Source: Blasia pusilla
Taxonomy: Eukaryota
Direction of reading: 5' to 3'
Length of the DNA: 64,000 nt
Assembly (NCBI GenBank): GCA_050084515.1
Contig: CM114271.1
Coordinates: 4,588,001 to 4,652,000, forward strand
Of the stretch, positions 1-13,440 are shown piece by piece. Under the pieces are notes generated by a model. That model saw nothing but the letters and a program-made list of their open reading frames with translations, was not told the origin of the DNA and searched no databases. The stretch's first letter is position 1, and each line of letters starts with the position of its first letter. The position numbers and the translations under genes were made by a program.

Positions 1-3000
1 GGATATGACTAACAATGTATACATGCATGAAAATTATGATATTATACATGAGAAGATAACTCCCAAGAGCTATGTTTCTCACATTAATCCTAGGAATCAC
101 TTTTTTTTATTAGGTTTAATAAGAGCTAGGACATTAGAGTCAAGACTTGTCCATCCCCTCATGACAAAGGATGGACATGGCTTAACGACATTATATATCA
201 TTGAAATTGAATTAGCCTTGTTTTTGGTTTTTAGGATTTTTGATATGATCTTGATGTAAATGTATGAGGGTGTTTACTATTTATGTGTATATAAATATTT
301 TCATATTATAGAAAGATTAACACTATGTGTGATATAGATGTGACAAATGCTATAAATCTTGTAGCAATGTGTATGTTGCATGTGCACACCATTTCTTTTA
401 TTTTTCATAAAAATTAATTCATTTCTTCTCCCCTATTCCCTCTTCCCTTTCCAATTACAGATTAAATATTTAATTTTACTTTCTCTTTTTAAAACTTGAT
501 CCATGATCTTTGGAGGGACTATGAAGGGATGGAGATACCCAATTGGCGAGGGGAGGATTGAATGTGAGACGCATAGAAAGAGAATAGGTAGAAATACTTT
601 CCAATCCTTCAAAGAGTAGATGTGTGGAGAGGATTGATGATAAGATGGATGGGATGGGATAAGTAAGACGCCCACAAGGAGGGACCCTTCTCCTCTCTCT
701 AAGGTGGGATGAGACTCATGTCATTATGGAGGATGGCTTGGGGAGAATGGAGTTTTGAGAGACCAAAAAGTGGATAGGCATTCGAGTGAGGATTCCAATG
801 CCTCACGCATAATACATGCACAAAAAGACTAGTTTCAAGCATCGACTAATCATGTTGTACACAAAATTCTTCTTCTACTGCCTGTAGAGGGGAATTTTTT
901 TTTCTCGCTGCCCGGTTGCCCCATGTCAAGTAAAGAGGTGTTTGCAAATCAAAAAGGCATCTATATACATAATATAGATGTATGTATATATCCATCATTC
1001 AAAATGGAGTAATTACAACCCCTACAATAGTTCGAACCCCTAGTGCAGGCTGAAAAATACAAATTATTTTGCACCTTCCTCAACCCTTGGATGACATTTG
1101 ATGTGAATTTCTAGTCGTCCAATTGATTTTTTTCCTTTCATAGACAATTAGTATTAATTAATTTCCCTTTATTAGTATTAATTAGTCCCTCCTCCGTTCT
1201 TCTCCACGCCGTGCCATGTTAATTCCACTTTGAAACCTGAAGCGCCTTAAGTGTGTTGCCTTTGTGCAAGTGTGTTCTTCCTGCAGCTCATGTTAATCTC
1301 CCATAATTTCTTTCCGCCGTGTTAGGATTAGTCTTGTCCGAACCCTCCTCCGGAACCTCTTTAATAATCCACACCGGGCCCCATACTGGTTATGTTAGAA
1401 TTCATTAAATTATAACCTAATATTAATTATTAATTAATAAAAAATAAGTAATATTAATTAATTAGAAACTTTCTGTCCCATAGGCACTCACGGCTGGGTG
1501 GACAAATCTAGTAAAATATGAGCACACGGATTATGTTTATTCGAGGAAAAGAAAAACTAAATAAACTAAATCATAAGGAAAATCCATCCTGAATTTTTTT
1601 ATAAAAAAGCTCGAAAAGTGAAGCCACAACTACAACTGGCTTCACTCTTTTTTTTGAACTGGAATAGGGTTCTCCATCCCTCTCGAACGGCGAACGGTTG
1701 TTGTATCTTCTATATAAAGGCAAATCCAGTAGAGAATCTCGCGATCATCCTCTTGAGGTCATGAAAGGAAAATAAAGGAAATACATGCTTCCGTCCAGCT
1801 GAAGTCGTTGCCATGTTAGATCACTCAACTGTTTCAAGAAGCTGTCCGTGGCTGTCACTGTGACGTCCGGATGAAGGGATCTACGCTGCACCGCCTTCGT
1901 TCATTCCTTCCTTCCTTCATGCATTCATGTGTGCTTGAGCGCCGGCGTAGATCCCGGGCACATGCGACGGTGTCGTGCTTACCGAGCAGCCAAAGACAAA
2001 ACAAAACATGCTGGCGTGGCCGACGACGAGGATCCTACTCGGCCTCCATATCGCCATATCCAGCACGACGGAAGCACAGCAACAATCTTAATGGGGGATT
2101 TGGGTGAACTCACCGACTTCTTCCTGCCGTTTCCGTTTCAGTCGATGGGGGAGTTGGGAAAGTAACGGATCTAGACGGTAAGACGGTAAGTAGAACGTCT
2201 CTTTTCCATGAATGGATTCATCGTCGCACGCAGGAGACAAATGCGGCAAATCTTCGGGATGTCGAGCCTCCTTAAAGGTGAGGAAGTGAGGAGTAGTGTG
2301 AGAAATTGAGAATTGAGGGCGGAAACTGTCACTGATCAGTACGACGTTGGTGGATTAAATCTGCTTTGAACATTTCTGCGTAACTACTTTCTCCGGTTAC
2401 GCGCGCAGACGCAAGGCGTAATTCGCATGCAAATGCTACAATGGCTAGATTACGATTAAAATGAATGGCATGCTTATCGAAACGGTGGGGAGAGAAGGAC
2501 ATCAGTCTAAGCATGATTCCAAACAGTGTGATCCGACATTACAACCTGGCATTCTTCTTCCTTTCTTTCTCACAGGCTAGCGAGCGGATAGACTAAACTT
2601 TCAAAGGGAAATCAAACGTCTTGTCAGCCGGGAAGGGGACTCCGGTCAGAGGCTTCTATAGGAACCAGGCTCTCGTTGAAGGACCCGGTCTCCTTGGGAA
2701 ACCGCGGTTCCCAGATGAATGAACTTAGTCCCAAATCGGATCGATGGATATTCGCGGTATCGAAAAATTTGTGTGCCACGATGAACTGCAGCAGGCTTGC
2801 AGCAGTCAGCTCATGTGTTTCGTGGACTCTAGTCTCAAGCTATTCCACCTGTCATCATAACTGTCCATCTCCTGAGTGTTTACATGTACTGTGTGTACCT
2901 CCGTTCATCAAAATTGCGTGTCTGCCTCTTTGGCGTATACGGGTGTTAGCCGGCTCTGACAAGGGAGAGGTAGATCTCCTACATTCTATTTAAGGCCTGT

Positions 3001-3509
3001 TTCAAGTCGACAGAACGATGAATCTTCTAGAAATTCAGTGACCAGGAACAACCTGAGTGAGATTTTCCCGGACGGAAGGAAGCCTTGGACTTTCTCACCG
3101 ACGAAAACTGTTACAAGCTTAGTTTGAAAATTTGCAGGAATGAATAAGGGACAGAGTGTAGGACAGCGGACTACATGACCAGACGATTTCCGAGATGAAA
3201 CATTCCCATCTGTTGTAAGAGGTAAGAGATGGACTCTGGAAATCCCTGCAGCTTGTCTCAGGGAGTCACCGTCACCTGTAGTGTTGGATCCTATCTGGAC
3301 TTTACCCATAAGGATCGCTCCTTTGAAGCGCAATGTCCACTTCCGATGGGGACATGTAATAAATTTTCGGGAGGTGTCATAAGAACTAGGACACATACTG
3401 ACCTCGATTCAAGGTGCTTCATTCACAAACTGCGTTGAATTGTATCTGTATAGTAGCACGGTTATGTCCACTATGTCCACGTTGGACTCCATCACTGACG
3501 GTGAAGACG

Positions 3510-3609
3510 ATGCGATTAGATGGTGAGAGTCAAACCACTGCAGTACCACACTGTGTGGACAATGCGATTAGAGCGTGAGAGCCAAACCACTGCAGTACCA
3601 CACTTTGTG
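3510..3609. repeat. 52-bp tandem duplication (~2 copies)
   Basis: atgcgattaga..gagagycaaaccactgcagtaccacact starts at 3510 and again at 3562. Confidence 0.85.
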
Positions 3610-5147
3610 CTGATGATGAAGGCGTCATGGAGAAAGTCGAGTGATGGGATGAACGTGGGAGGCCAAAACAGACCTTAATAGGCAAACAGTAGAAGGAGGC
3701 GGAGCGAAATTTCAGGCACTGTAGGAATAGCATCCGTCTCCGACGGCCACGAGCTCGAGGCATTGCGTTGATGTAAGCAACACGAAGATGTTTCTTGCTG
3801 TTTCTTGTTTGCCACTTGTACAGCTCACAAACCGGGCAAGATAACCAAACATATAATGCTGTCCGATAATCCCATAGCTGTGTTCATCGGAGTCATGCCA
3901 CAGATCGTTAGACTTTAACCAGAGGTATGCATTGCTTGTTTACCACCGATCCACTCTTCCAGTAAGATAAACGCTGCAACTGCAGGGTCTTCCTCTTGTA
4001 ACATGTTCAGCAAAACCTGGATGCTGCATGTTGCGCACATGATCTCACCATGTACGCAACACCGGTCCAACGCGCGTGACCAAGGGCCAAATGACGAATC
4101 AACTGCGTATTGCTACCGGTGTTACAAATAAAGCAAGAAGTTGACAAGTTAGTCTATCCATCAATAAACCATAAACATAATGATAACATGTAATTACTTT
4201 GTAGCAATCGGTCATCGACAAAATCCACCATTCCGTCTGCGCTGTCTTTCCCTTTGGCTTTTAATTGGTTAAAACGAGGGCTTCCCCATCCTAGTACGGC
4301 GTCGTTCCCCATATTCTTTCATTCCTGTCCCGTTCTTCTCACAACAGTCAATCATAGCAGTAGTTGAAGTTTCCCTTTCTAGCGGAGCTCCTTCTTCTGT
4401 ACCTCGCCGAAATGGCCGTTTCCAAGGGCAGACGTTACAAGTCTCATCTCACGAATCCCTCCCTCCCTCCCTCGAGCGAACTCTCAGGCATATCTGTCCA
4501 TCAGGCACTCCACATGAGCGCAGAATTCTCGCCTTGCAATCTGTCGCAGACGCTTGTGATTCCAGCTCATATCCTCCGCCCTCTCTCCACAAACACATGG
4601 GCGAGATGGAGTTCGCGCTTGACCCTCGAGCCTTCGCCCACCCGACCTACACTGTGACGTAATACGTGTTTCTTATAAGAACACTCCAGCCACTTGAGCG
4701 TTTCATCCGATCTGCGGACAAGAACCATGGAATGGCGGGAGGCGACGGAATCTTGTTTCGCCGTTCATCCTCCGTTCATCCCCCGATCATCGTATATCGC
4801 TTAACATCCGAGGGCACTCGAATTTTTATTTTATTTTATTGAGCCGTTCATTTGTGGTATGTTTCAAGTATTTAATGTGAGGTTTATATACTAGGGAGGT
4901 TTAAATTATAATTTTAGAAGTAAATTGATATTAGTATCAATGATAGTATTAGGTAGATGGGAAGCTGGTTTATATGATATCCCATACCTCTCATAATTTT
5001 AAATCGATTTAGAGTGATCCTATTGGCTCAAAGGGCTCGATTTAGAGATTCCATTGGTTGAAAATGCCGACGGTTGAAAGGGCACTCTCCAATAATAAAA
5101 TAGATTTGAATAGATATAAATATTGATTAAAGAAGTGGATTAACGTT

Positions 5148-5595
5148 CAAGATTGCACATTGACAAAGTCCGTGTCCGTAGACATGTCCAAGTTCGTGCA
5201 GGCCCTGATATCCACGACCCGCTCCCGAGCCCGTAACCTAGATCCAAGCTAACCGAGCTTGCACCCATTTTGTTAACCCCACGCGGCCCGCAGCAAGCCT
5301 GCATGGTGGGATAGGCCCCTATTGGGCAGACTCAAGCCCAGGCAGGGTCCTGAACCTCGAGCCTGCCCTACGCGGGCGTGATGCCCACCGTTCAAGGGCC
5401 CTATGCAGGCTCAGTTGAGGGCCATGTGCATGCTTTAGCCCACCCAATGGGGGCCCAACCTGCCATGCGAGCCTGCTCTAGGCCGCGCGCGGGCCACAAA
5501 ATGGGCCCGGCTCGGGTGGGAGCAAGGGACCCATTGGGCATGTATGTGGACATATCAGTCCCATGGACAAACTTGTCCCTTTCCGTGCAATTTTG
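5148..5595. mobile_element. non-autonomous TIR element (MITE, hAT-like ends)
   Basis: Ends caagattgcac / gtgcaattttg are inverted; subterminal gacatgtcc/ggacatatc motifs; GC-rich interior in AT-rich flanks; resembles 30274-30695. Confidence 0.6.
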
Positions 5596-6625
5596 AAAAG
5601 GTTTGAATCCAAAATTCACAAATAGAGAGAGTAAGAGATTTGGTTCCCAATAGCTATGCCATAAAGTGAAACTAGTTGGCATCAAAGAAGTTGAAATAAC
5701 CCTATTCAATAACATCCTCCATCTACAATATGAAGAGAGGATGCTTCTTGATTATCAAGAGCTTACTTGCTTAACCCATGGCATTTACGCACCATGACTA
5801 TATTTCATGACGAAAAAAATATTTTAGAGGAAGTGTGCCTATGTAAGATAACCACTCATTCCATGCTTAACACATCATTTATACTAGTATTAGTGGAAAA
5901 CAAAAACAATCCCTAATCATCCCTTTTTGCAATTTCATTAACTGCAAATATAGGAATGAAGCCATCTTATAGTGGAAATCTTTTCCAACACCAAGGTACT
6001 CAATGGTGCTCCACTAGTGTGTCGTGATCACATAATCTCACCTTTCAATTCCTTGTGCAAATTTTAATTCACACATACACCTAATTGTTTGCTAATATTT
6101 TCAATCTACTTATATCCCACGTGGTGCGACAATTATAATTTTTTCAATATCTAATTATAAGTTACCCGTGTTGGATTAGGCTAACAATAGCGTGTTTTAC
6201 TTATGTTGTTGGCACTCCGTGGCTGCTGGTTGTATCAATTTCGGGACCTAAGTAAGCACGTAATAGTATTTTTGTGCCCATATCATGCACTAGGTCTTAG
6301 AGCAAAGGGACCAAGAGAAGTAAGCTATCTCCAACATATCTTTTTTTCAAAACATACCATGCATGAACATATCACGTTCGTGCATTGCACTAGACTTACA
6401 TATTGAAAAGGATTTAGTATTAATAATATTCTTTTGAATCTCTTCACTTATCAAGAAAGTTCCTATAGCATAAAATTGAAAACGTGGAAAGGCACACCCA
6501 TTCTATTTTCATGAGATCTCTTTAAAATATTCTTTTTTTCTATATTAAATTTCTTACATATGCTTTATTATCCTTGCAATGAGAGTCGCCATGTTCAATT
6601 GCTTAAATTTATTTCACCATATTTT

Positions 6626-6628
<3 letters not shown>

Positions 6629-6679
<51 letters not shown>
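6629..6679. repeat. compound (TC)n(TA)n microsatellite
   Basis: directly visible. Confidence 0.95.
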
Positions 6680-9261
6680 CACTTTTAAATTAATTCTACA
6701 CCTCAATTAGAATTGAAATAACCCAACTCTTAAATAATTTCACTCCTTCATAAAAGTTCAAAGAATACCTACTCCTCCCCTTCCACACTTCCCACCAAAA
6801 TAACATCCTCTACCTAAATTTTTAGTTAATTTTAATTAATTAAATAATTTCCATTTCCTTATCCCATTCAAATTCATTTTCCTTTCCCAAAATATCAAAA
6901 TTAAATAACTTGATTTTATTTTTTAAATCATATTTTTCATTTAAAATTTTAATAGAATTTCCATTTTCTTAAACCTTAGAAGAGTAATAAAATTCCACTC
7001 TTCTAAGTAATTCCACTTCTCAATTAAAATTTCATTGATATCCTATTCTCCTAAATAATTCAACCCTTCCGTAAAATTTAAAGAATATTTACTCCTCCGT
7101 GAAAATTCATTTTCCCTTCCCATAAAATATGAATTTATGGAAATTTTGAAAATATAGAAAAAAATTGAATTTTTTTCTTCAATATCTGAAATGAGTTTCT
7201 TCAAGCTATAAAGAATTAATACTTCTTGCATTTAGCAAATTAATGCATTTTTTTGAATAATTTCTAAAATAAGCACTAGTTCAACTAGAGTGAATGCTAA
7301 ATGATACACTAAGGTATCCTCTCTTTATAGTATGGATGCTATTAAGTAATTCAAGCGATGATTTAAGGTTTCGCACTCTAAATTACTACAAATTGTAACT
7401 CATTTAATCAAATCCATAAAATTATAGGAAAAAAAGGGACACACTTAAAGTAGATACAACAAATAAAAATAATTAATAATGGGTAATTTTAATTTTCCAT
7501 GATTGATGTGCCCAATTAACCCCCTAAGGCATCCCAAATGGACACTCACAATTACTTTTCTTCCCACCCTCAAAGGGTGGGAGGGGTGTTTACTAATTAT
7601 TTTCTCTCTCAATAATCTAAGATATAAAAACACTACTTTTGAGGGAAAAATAATTACAAAAAATGCGCGAACTTGTCTGCATATCGTATCGGCTTCATAG
7701 GCCAGAATTACCGTTTCCGGCTGGAAAAAGAAACTCCCGAACTCTACACAAAACATGAACTTGAAAGATAAATGACCTCACAATACTCGTGGACGATGAA
7801 GGAATAAGTGTGACTGAAAAGATGCGCCGCATCTTTCCCTTATATATATATATATGATCTTTTGATTGGGCCGTTACGCAGAAATACTACACTTGATTTA
7901 GAGATTTGTAGGTACCTTCCATTTAATTGCCTTAAATTAAATTCTGTATTTTCTCCTGTCAAGTGACAAAAATAGCTTCAGGTTGATGGACGACTAGAGG
8001 CTTCGTCCTACGGCGGTCTAGTATGGCGGACGTAATCTGTACCCTCTGGCCTACGTCTTTCTGTGCGCGTGCGTGTTGCGGACACCCCTTTGGACGGAGA
8101 ATATAGCTTTAGCGGATGGAAAGCTTAACTTTCCATCCGCCATCTTCGCCAGCGCACAGGCGCGAGGAAACGTGAATTCAAGTTTGAACGGTGCAGATTA
8201 CGCGAGGAGGCTGAGCGGACGATCGATCGATCGAGTGCCCCGGGGCTCAGAAGACCCGGTCCCGTCGTCCAACCGTGCCGCGGGGAAAGCCACGTAGAGC
8301 GGTCGGTGGGTCCCATCAAGCGGCGGCGCAGCCTCGCTCGCTTCGTCGCTCTCGTTTCGGGCCACAGTGTGTATCTTTCTAAAGATGCAATCCTTTCTGG
8401 AGCTCCGCGGGCAAGACAGACGATTTGAGTTCTGGCCTTTTCGCGAGTTTGTTTTCTGGACCTGCGTTTTCCCAAGTCCAGAAGTTCAGCAGAAGTGGGA
8501 GACGATCCGCATAGTGCGCATAGTGAGTGAGTGAGTGAGTGATATGCGTGGTCGTCCAGTTATTAGTGCTGTGAGGATCTGTAGCAGGAAAGGCTCGTCG
8601 TCGGTTGGGAGAAAGGCTGGAGGAGGAGGAGGAGTGGTGGTGGTGTTTGAATTCACTCGTTGCAAAATGATGAAGTGCGCAATCCCATGAAGAAAGTGGA
8701 GGGAAGAAGAGTCGCAGTCTGGTGATGAATGAAGCGTTGCAGTGGCAACATACGAGTGTGAACTTGCGAAGGAAGTAGTCCTTTCATTTAATGGGAGAAT
8801 CTGGCCACGGCGATGGCGTCATTGCGTCAGTGAAATTCTCGTATTGATTGATTGCTGACGATACGTGTACGTACGTCACACCGGCTCGGACGTGGATTCG
8901 TGGAAGAGAGAGATTACAGCGGCGGGGACCGAGTGGATCAGAGCCTACCTCATCAGCAGGGGGATCATCCATCGCTTTACGACCGTAACAGTTCGACTTC
9001 TTTTGATTTGAATGAATGCAAATTGCGAGCGAAATCGCCTTTCCGTGATCCTGAAGATTTTCGTTTCGGACTAAGAACACCCGATTCGGCGGGTGTGGGA
9101 GGATTGTAGCCAACCCCCTGCACATTAATTGTGTGCAGATAAAGCTGTGAGCTACAGTTTACGATTCAGTGGGAGGACCGCGAGGACAATTTTTGGAGCG
9201 CCTTATAAATTAGCTTTCTTCTCCCACTGCTTCGGATCTTCCCGTCTTTTCAATTTGAGGG

Positions 9262-9298
<37 letters not shown>

Positions 9299-9667
9299 TC
9301 AGCGTTTGGCCGGGGAAGTTGCGATTGAGACTGCGGGGGGATCATGTCTGGTCTCCTTACATTCCAGCCGCAGGAGCTTCGAGATGGTGAATCGCTCAGG
9401 TGTAAGATGGAAAGATTCTCTGTGACTTGGGACTCCGGGAAGGTGTTCACATGAACTCACGTTCTGATCGAGGAGCAGCATACGAAGTGCCAAATCATAC
9501 TCTGGAAACTCGTAAGCACGCGGGCCACTATCGCGACGAGCCTCCGGAGTTGTCATCACCAAAAACTAGAATCGGATACTATAAGTTCCATTTGTTCACT
9601 GTATCTAATCAATCGCTGACGGAAATTTTCGACAAGCGCTGCATTGTACTATTTCTTGTCAGCAATC

Positions 9668-11257
9668 ATGCCGCGCAGCGCCAGCTACGTCCGCCTGCGG
9701 GGATCCGAGTCGAACAAGCTCGAAGAGCAAGAGCTAGAAGACTACGAAGAAGCGGGGATCCGCACTGCGAACCAAGATCTGGAGCTCGAAGAAACCGATC
9801 GTCATGGATCGCCACCACCACTAGAGCAGAGCTACCCAAACTCCATCCACGAGCAAGAGCAGAAGCAGCTTGAGGACGTGAACGTCTCCAAAGGCCTTGC
9901 GCACGATCAGGAGCGTTCGTTGTCGCAGCAGAATCACAACCATGAGACAGGCATTGTTTCGAACACGGCCGTCAACACGAAGGTTGAGATCAAGCAAGAT
10001 GTCCGGCTCGACCAGCTCAAGCGAGTACCTTCTTTCCGAGATAACAGTGGTGTCGGGCCGAAATTGGGAAAGTCTCAGAGCGGTCGCTGGCTGGGAAGTA
10101 GTCCCGCAACAGAAGAGAGAACGCCGTGGAGAACGCTGAGCGGAAGGTGGAAGGGCTCAGTTGACGAGCAGTGGAAGAGAAGCACAAGCAGTCCTCTCTC
10201 AGGTAGAGGTAGTCCCGCTCCGGAGGACACAGCGGCTGCGAATGCCATGGGCCAGTGGGCAGCTTCCATTCAGAAAGTCAATTCCTATCGAGAGAGTCTG
10301 CAGCAGCAACAGCAGAAGCAGCAGCAACAACAACAGCCACAACAGCAGGTAGGATCTCAGGAAACAAAGGAGGATCAATCCGGCACAAGCACATTGCATC
10401 CAGCATGCCAAGAACCTCAAGAAACTCCAGTTGTTTCTCAGCGATTTCAGCGGGTTCCAACGAAGAGGTTCGAAAGAGAGACCTCGGGCACCGACTCCCC
10501 GACTCGTGCAGTTCATCCTCCAACGGTGCCCCGACCCGCTCACATCATGCAGTCGCAGAGGAGTTTCTCCATGAGAGAAACCCCGACGCCACGCGCAGAT
10601 AATTTGCCTACCGAGCAGGCTCCTCGACGCAAATCAAGTGCTACCGCGATGAAGCCAAGGGTGAGCTTCTCCGAAGTACACGCCTCCATTGAACCCCTGG
10701 CCGACCACAGTGCAAATGGAGACTCAGGAGCGCGAGTCCACGAAAAATGGCGAGAAAGCCCTGCCGCTGTCCGTCAGGCGAAGCAGATCAACAAATTCCA
10801 ACTCCCGTCCCTGCCCTACAATTACGAGCAGCCGGGATTCGTGGAACGCAAGTCTGTCGAGGGCTGCGGCAGATCCTACAGCAACGGAGGAGGATTTCGC
10901 ACTTTCCGTGAGGAAAGCTCTCGCCAGCCACCGATGACGAGAACCTTCTCCATGGCAGAACGCGGCTCCACCTACAGAAGAATGATGAGGACCTTCACCT
11001 TCGGCACTCCAAAGCTCGTGCAGCCGCTCGTCATGGAGTGTGTTACCTGCGGACGAGGCCTGGGCATCGTCGTCAAAGGCATTCCCGACACCGACACCAC
11101 CTGCCCGACTTGCAAGTCCGGATCCAACTGTGGTCGGGTTTGGAGCAACTTCCCCGAGAGAACCACCACCCGATCCCAATCCACCGGGGAAAATGGCAGG
11201 AAGACGAGTATTCTGGATTACTGCCGCAAGCTGTTTGGCCTCACCAAGAGATATTGA
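9668..11257 (+). CDS. uncharacterised 529-aa low-complexity (S/Q/R/E-rich, polyQ) protein with C-terminal CVTC-x17-CPTC putative zinc ribbon; intronless CDS
   Basis: Stop-free 1.6-kb GC-rich ORF. First ATG at 9668 lies just after a polypyrimidine-AG acceptor (tttcttgtcag, ending 9662), suggesting a 5' UTR intron. Confidence 0.8.
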   Translation: MPRSASYVRLRGSESNKLEEQELEDYEEAGIRTANQDLELEETDRHGSPPPLEQSYPNSIHEQEQKQLEDVNVSKGLAHDQERSLSQQNHNHETGIVSNTAVNTKVEIKQDVRLDQLKRVPSFRDNSGVGPKLGKSQSGRWLGSSPATEERTPWRTLSGRWKGSVDEQWKRSTSSPLSGRGSPAPEDTAAANAMGQWAASIQKVNSYRESLQQQQQKQQQQQQPQQQVGSQETKEDQSGTSTLHPACQEPQETPVVSQRFQRVPTKRFERETSGTDSPTRAVHPPTVPRPAHIMQSQRSFSMRETPTPRADNLPTEQAPRRKSSATAMKPRVSFSEVHASIEPLADHSANGDSGARVHEKWRESPAAVRQAKQINKFQLPSLPYNYEQPGFVERKSVEGCGRSYSNGGGFRTFREESSRQPPMTRTFSMAERGSTYRRMMRTFTFGTPKLVQPLVMECVTCGRGLGIVVKGIPDTDTTCPTCKSGSNCGRVWSNFPERTTTRSQSTGENGRKTSILDYCRKLFGLTKRY

Positions 11258-12864
11258 AGCAAGTGGCCCATGGTTGGCCATTGCGTAGACAGGATCATAT
11301 TCATAGGTCAGCTCGTTTGAACTCTTTGATTTCTTTGAAGACTGGTAGAATTGCGTTATTCCAGCCAGCTCCATTCTGAGATGACTGATCATGCATGCGT
11401 TTGTGCGTGCGAGCGATCGAGCTGAATTGGAAGTATTAGGGAGACGGGCAACAGTAACCAGAAGATGGTTGTTGCGCGGTAGAAAAAACTTGTTGATGAG
11501 TGTCTAGGAAACGATCTACTTGCCTGGGGTTGTGAAATGATGATGTATATACAGATGATGGAGCGGAGTTTAAAAGATCATTTTTTTTGACCTGACTACC
11601 GTGTGTGGCTTCCAGTTAATCAACCGTGATGTGATGTGATGCTGCTGCCCTTCTTGGCATTCAATTTACATTTCTCTCGCCAGGACTCTCCATGATCGAT
11701 AATGTCTGAGCCTCTCGTCCATGGAGTCTGCCATAGTAGGATATACAAACACCTGCGCTCATTATCCTATCTTAGAGAATGCCGTCAGAAAGTGTTCCAA
11801 GTTCTTATGAAATTTGTGGACTGACTCAGAATTCAGGGAGTTGAATTTGAATCCATGTTATTTCAGTCCGAATCCACGCGCGATGCGTGACAGTTGCATG
11901 ATTTAAGTCTTTAAGTCTAAAGACTTTCGGCCATGATAGAAGCTGAGGCAACCTTGGATAGAAAATCCTCCGCAACTCGAAAAACATGAGTGGAATCGAT
12001 TGATTATAGGGTGTGCTGTAACTAGATAATTTAGCTCCTCCGTGCCGATTTCTCTCATCAATCAGAAGAACGGAGGCAAACATTCCTAGCATAGAGCTGT
12101 GGTAGTAGTACGCAAGAGGGAGATCGGTCTTGATCGGCCGCAAACCAATTTGCTAAGTCTGATGGGAGTGTTCTCCAAGGATGAAGGACATTTCTAAGGA
12201 CGAAACGTGAAAAACGGTCTGATCATTCCCTTCAAGTCGACGTCAACAAGCGATTGAAGTCAACAAAGAGGCAGAGTGAGTGCAATTCTCCTCCTCCGCT
12301 TACAATGGCGCAAGCTTACAACAGCTTCTCCTGGTGCCTTCAGAATTCCAGAATTTTTGTCTCGTGCTACGGCAAAACTAAACCCTCAACTTCAAGTCTT
12401 TGTACTGCCCGACAACGCCGTTTCATCTCGTGCAGTGAGTTTTCTTGAATTTGTAGAATGAAAGTGATGTCTCCTTTTTCGTCATAACTTCTGACGCATC
12501 TGTTACAGCGTTGTTCAGTGACAGCCACAGAGAAAACGCTGGAAGCGATGCGTCGTCAGGGACCTGTCTGCGCGGGCCTCGATGCATCTATCAAGAAAGT
12601 CGAAACGTGGAGAAATCCCTCAAACTCTACTCGGATCCTTCCTCGGTTTCCGAAGTCAATGCATCCGGAGGGTGACTGACGGAATGATATCCTGCCGCAG
12701 TAGAACGGCGACGATGGTCAGGAATTCATGGTGATTTCTAATCTGCTACAAAGAATCCTCAGTGCGCACTTCGCATCTCGACACCTCTAGCCGTGCCGCG
12801 GTACGCTGTCCCTTGCTGAGATTCTCACTTCTCATCTTTTATGGCGAGAGAGGTAGAGCACGTC

Positions 12865-12895
<31 letters not shown>

Positions 12896-13317
12896 AAAAT
12901 AAGAAAAGATTTTCTGACCTTTAAGATGAGGATGGAGACCGCTGCAACGTCTTCTTCCTCTGGTCCGAGATGTAGCCCTCCTCGCTGTGATTGTTTACGC
13001 CGCATCCGGAGAAGAAAGCACGGCCGTGTTGGAACAAGATGAAAGAACAAGAAGAAAGGGCCTGAAGCGACCCGCCGAACTGTAGTGCGTATGACACCAG
13101 CGTGCGACCGAAACACAGCAGCTCCAATGGACGAACGAATCGCTGCCTACGCGTACTTGAATTCTGAGAGATTCAAACGTTTGTGAATCGGGATGTCTGT
13201 GCAATAGGCGCACATCTCGAGTAATAGCTTGGCCAAATCGACCCGGAGTCTTGGCTCTGCCACTGCACGACGCTCCGCCTGCTGCCCCCATAGCGTTCCA
13301 AAATTGCGTACGCCGGA

Positions 13318-13440
13318 GTATTCTACCTCCGGATGAGGTTGAGTTGTAATGTGAAAAACACGTGTGGAGGTACTCGTATTCTACCTCCGTATGAGGTTGA
13401 GTTGTAATGTGAAAAACACGTGTGGAGGTACTTGTATTCC
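13318..13440. repeat. 58-bp tandem duplication; each unit has an internal tacctcc/ggaggta inverted repeat and a CACGTG G-box
   Basis: gtattc unit starts at 13318, 13376 and 13434. Confidence 0.9.

Noticed and set aside
1025-1050. gttcgaaccc B-box-like motif (tRNA/SINE)
   Set aside because: No A box or cloverleaf around it
2806-2858. Minus-strand ATGATGA...CTGA resembling a box C/D snoRNA
   Set aside because: Only ~53 nt, with no recognisable rRNA/snRNA guide complementarity
10724-11392. 222-aa antisense ORF
   Set aside because: Most likely a shadow of the GC-rich sense CDS; no motifs
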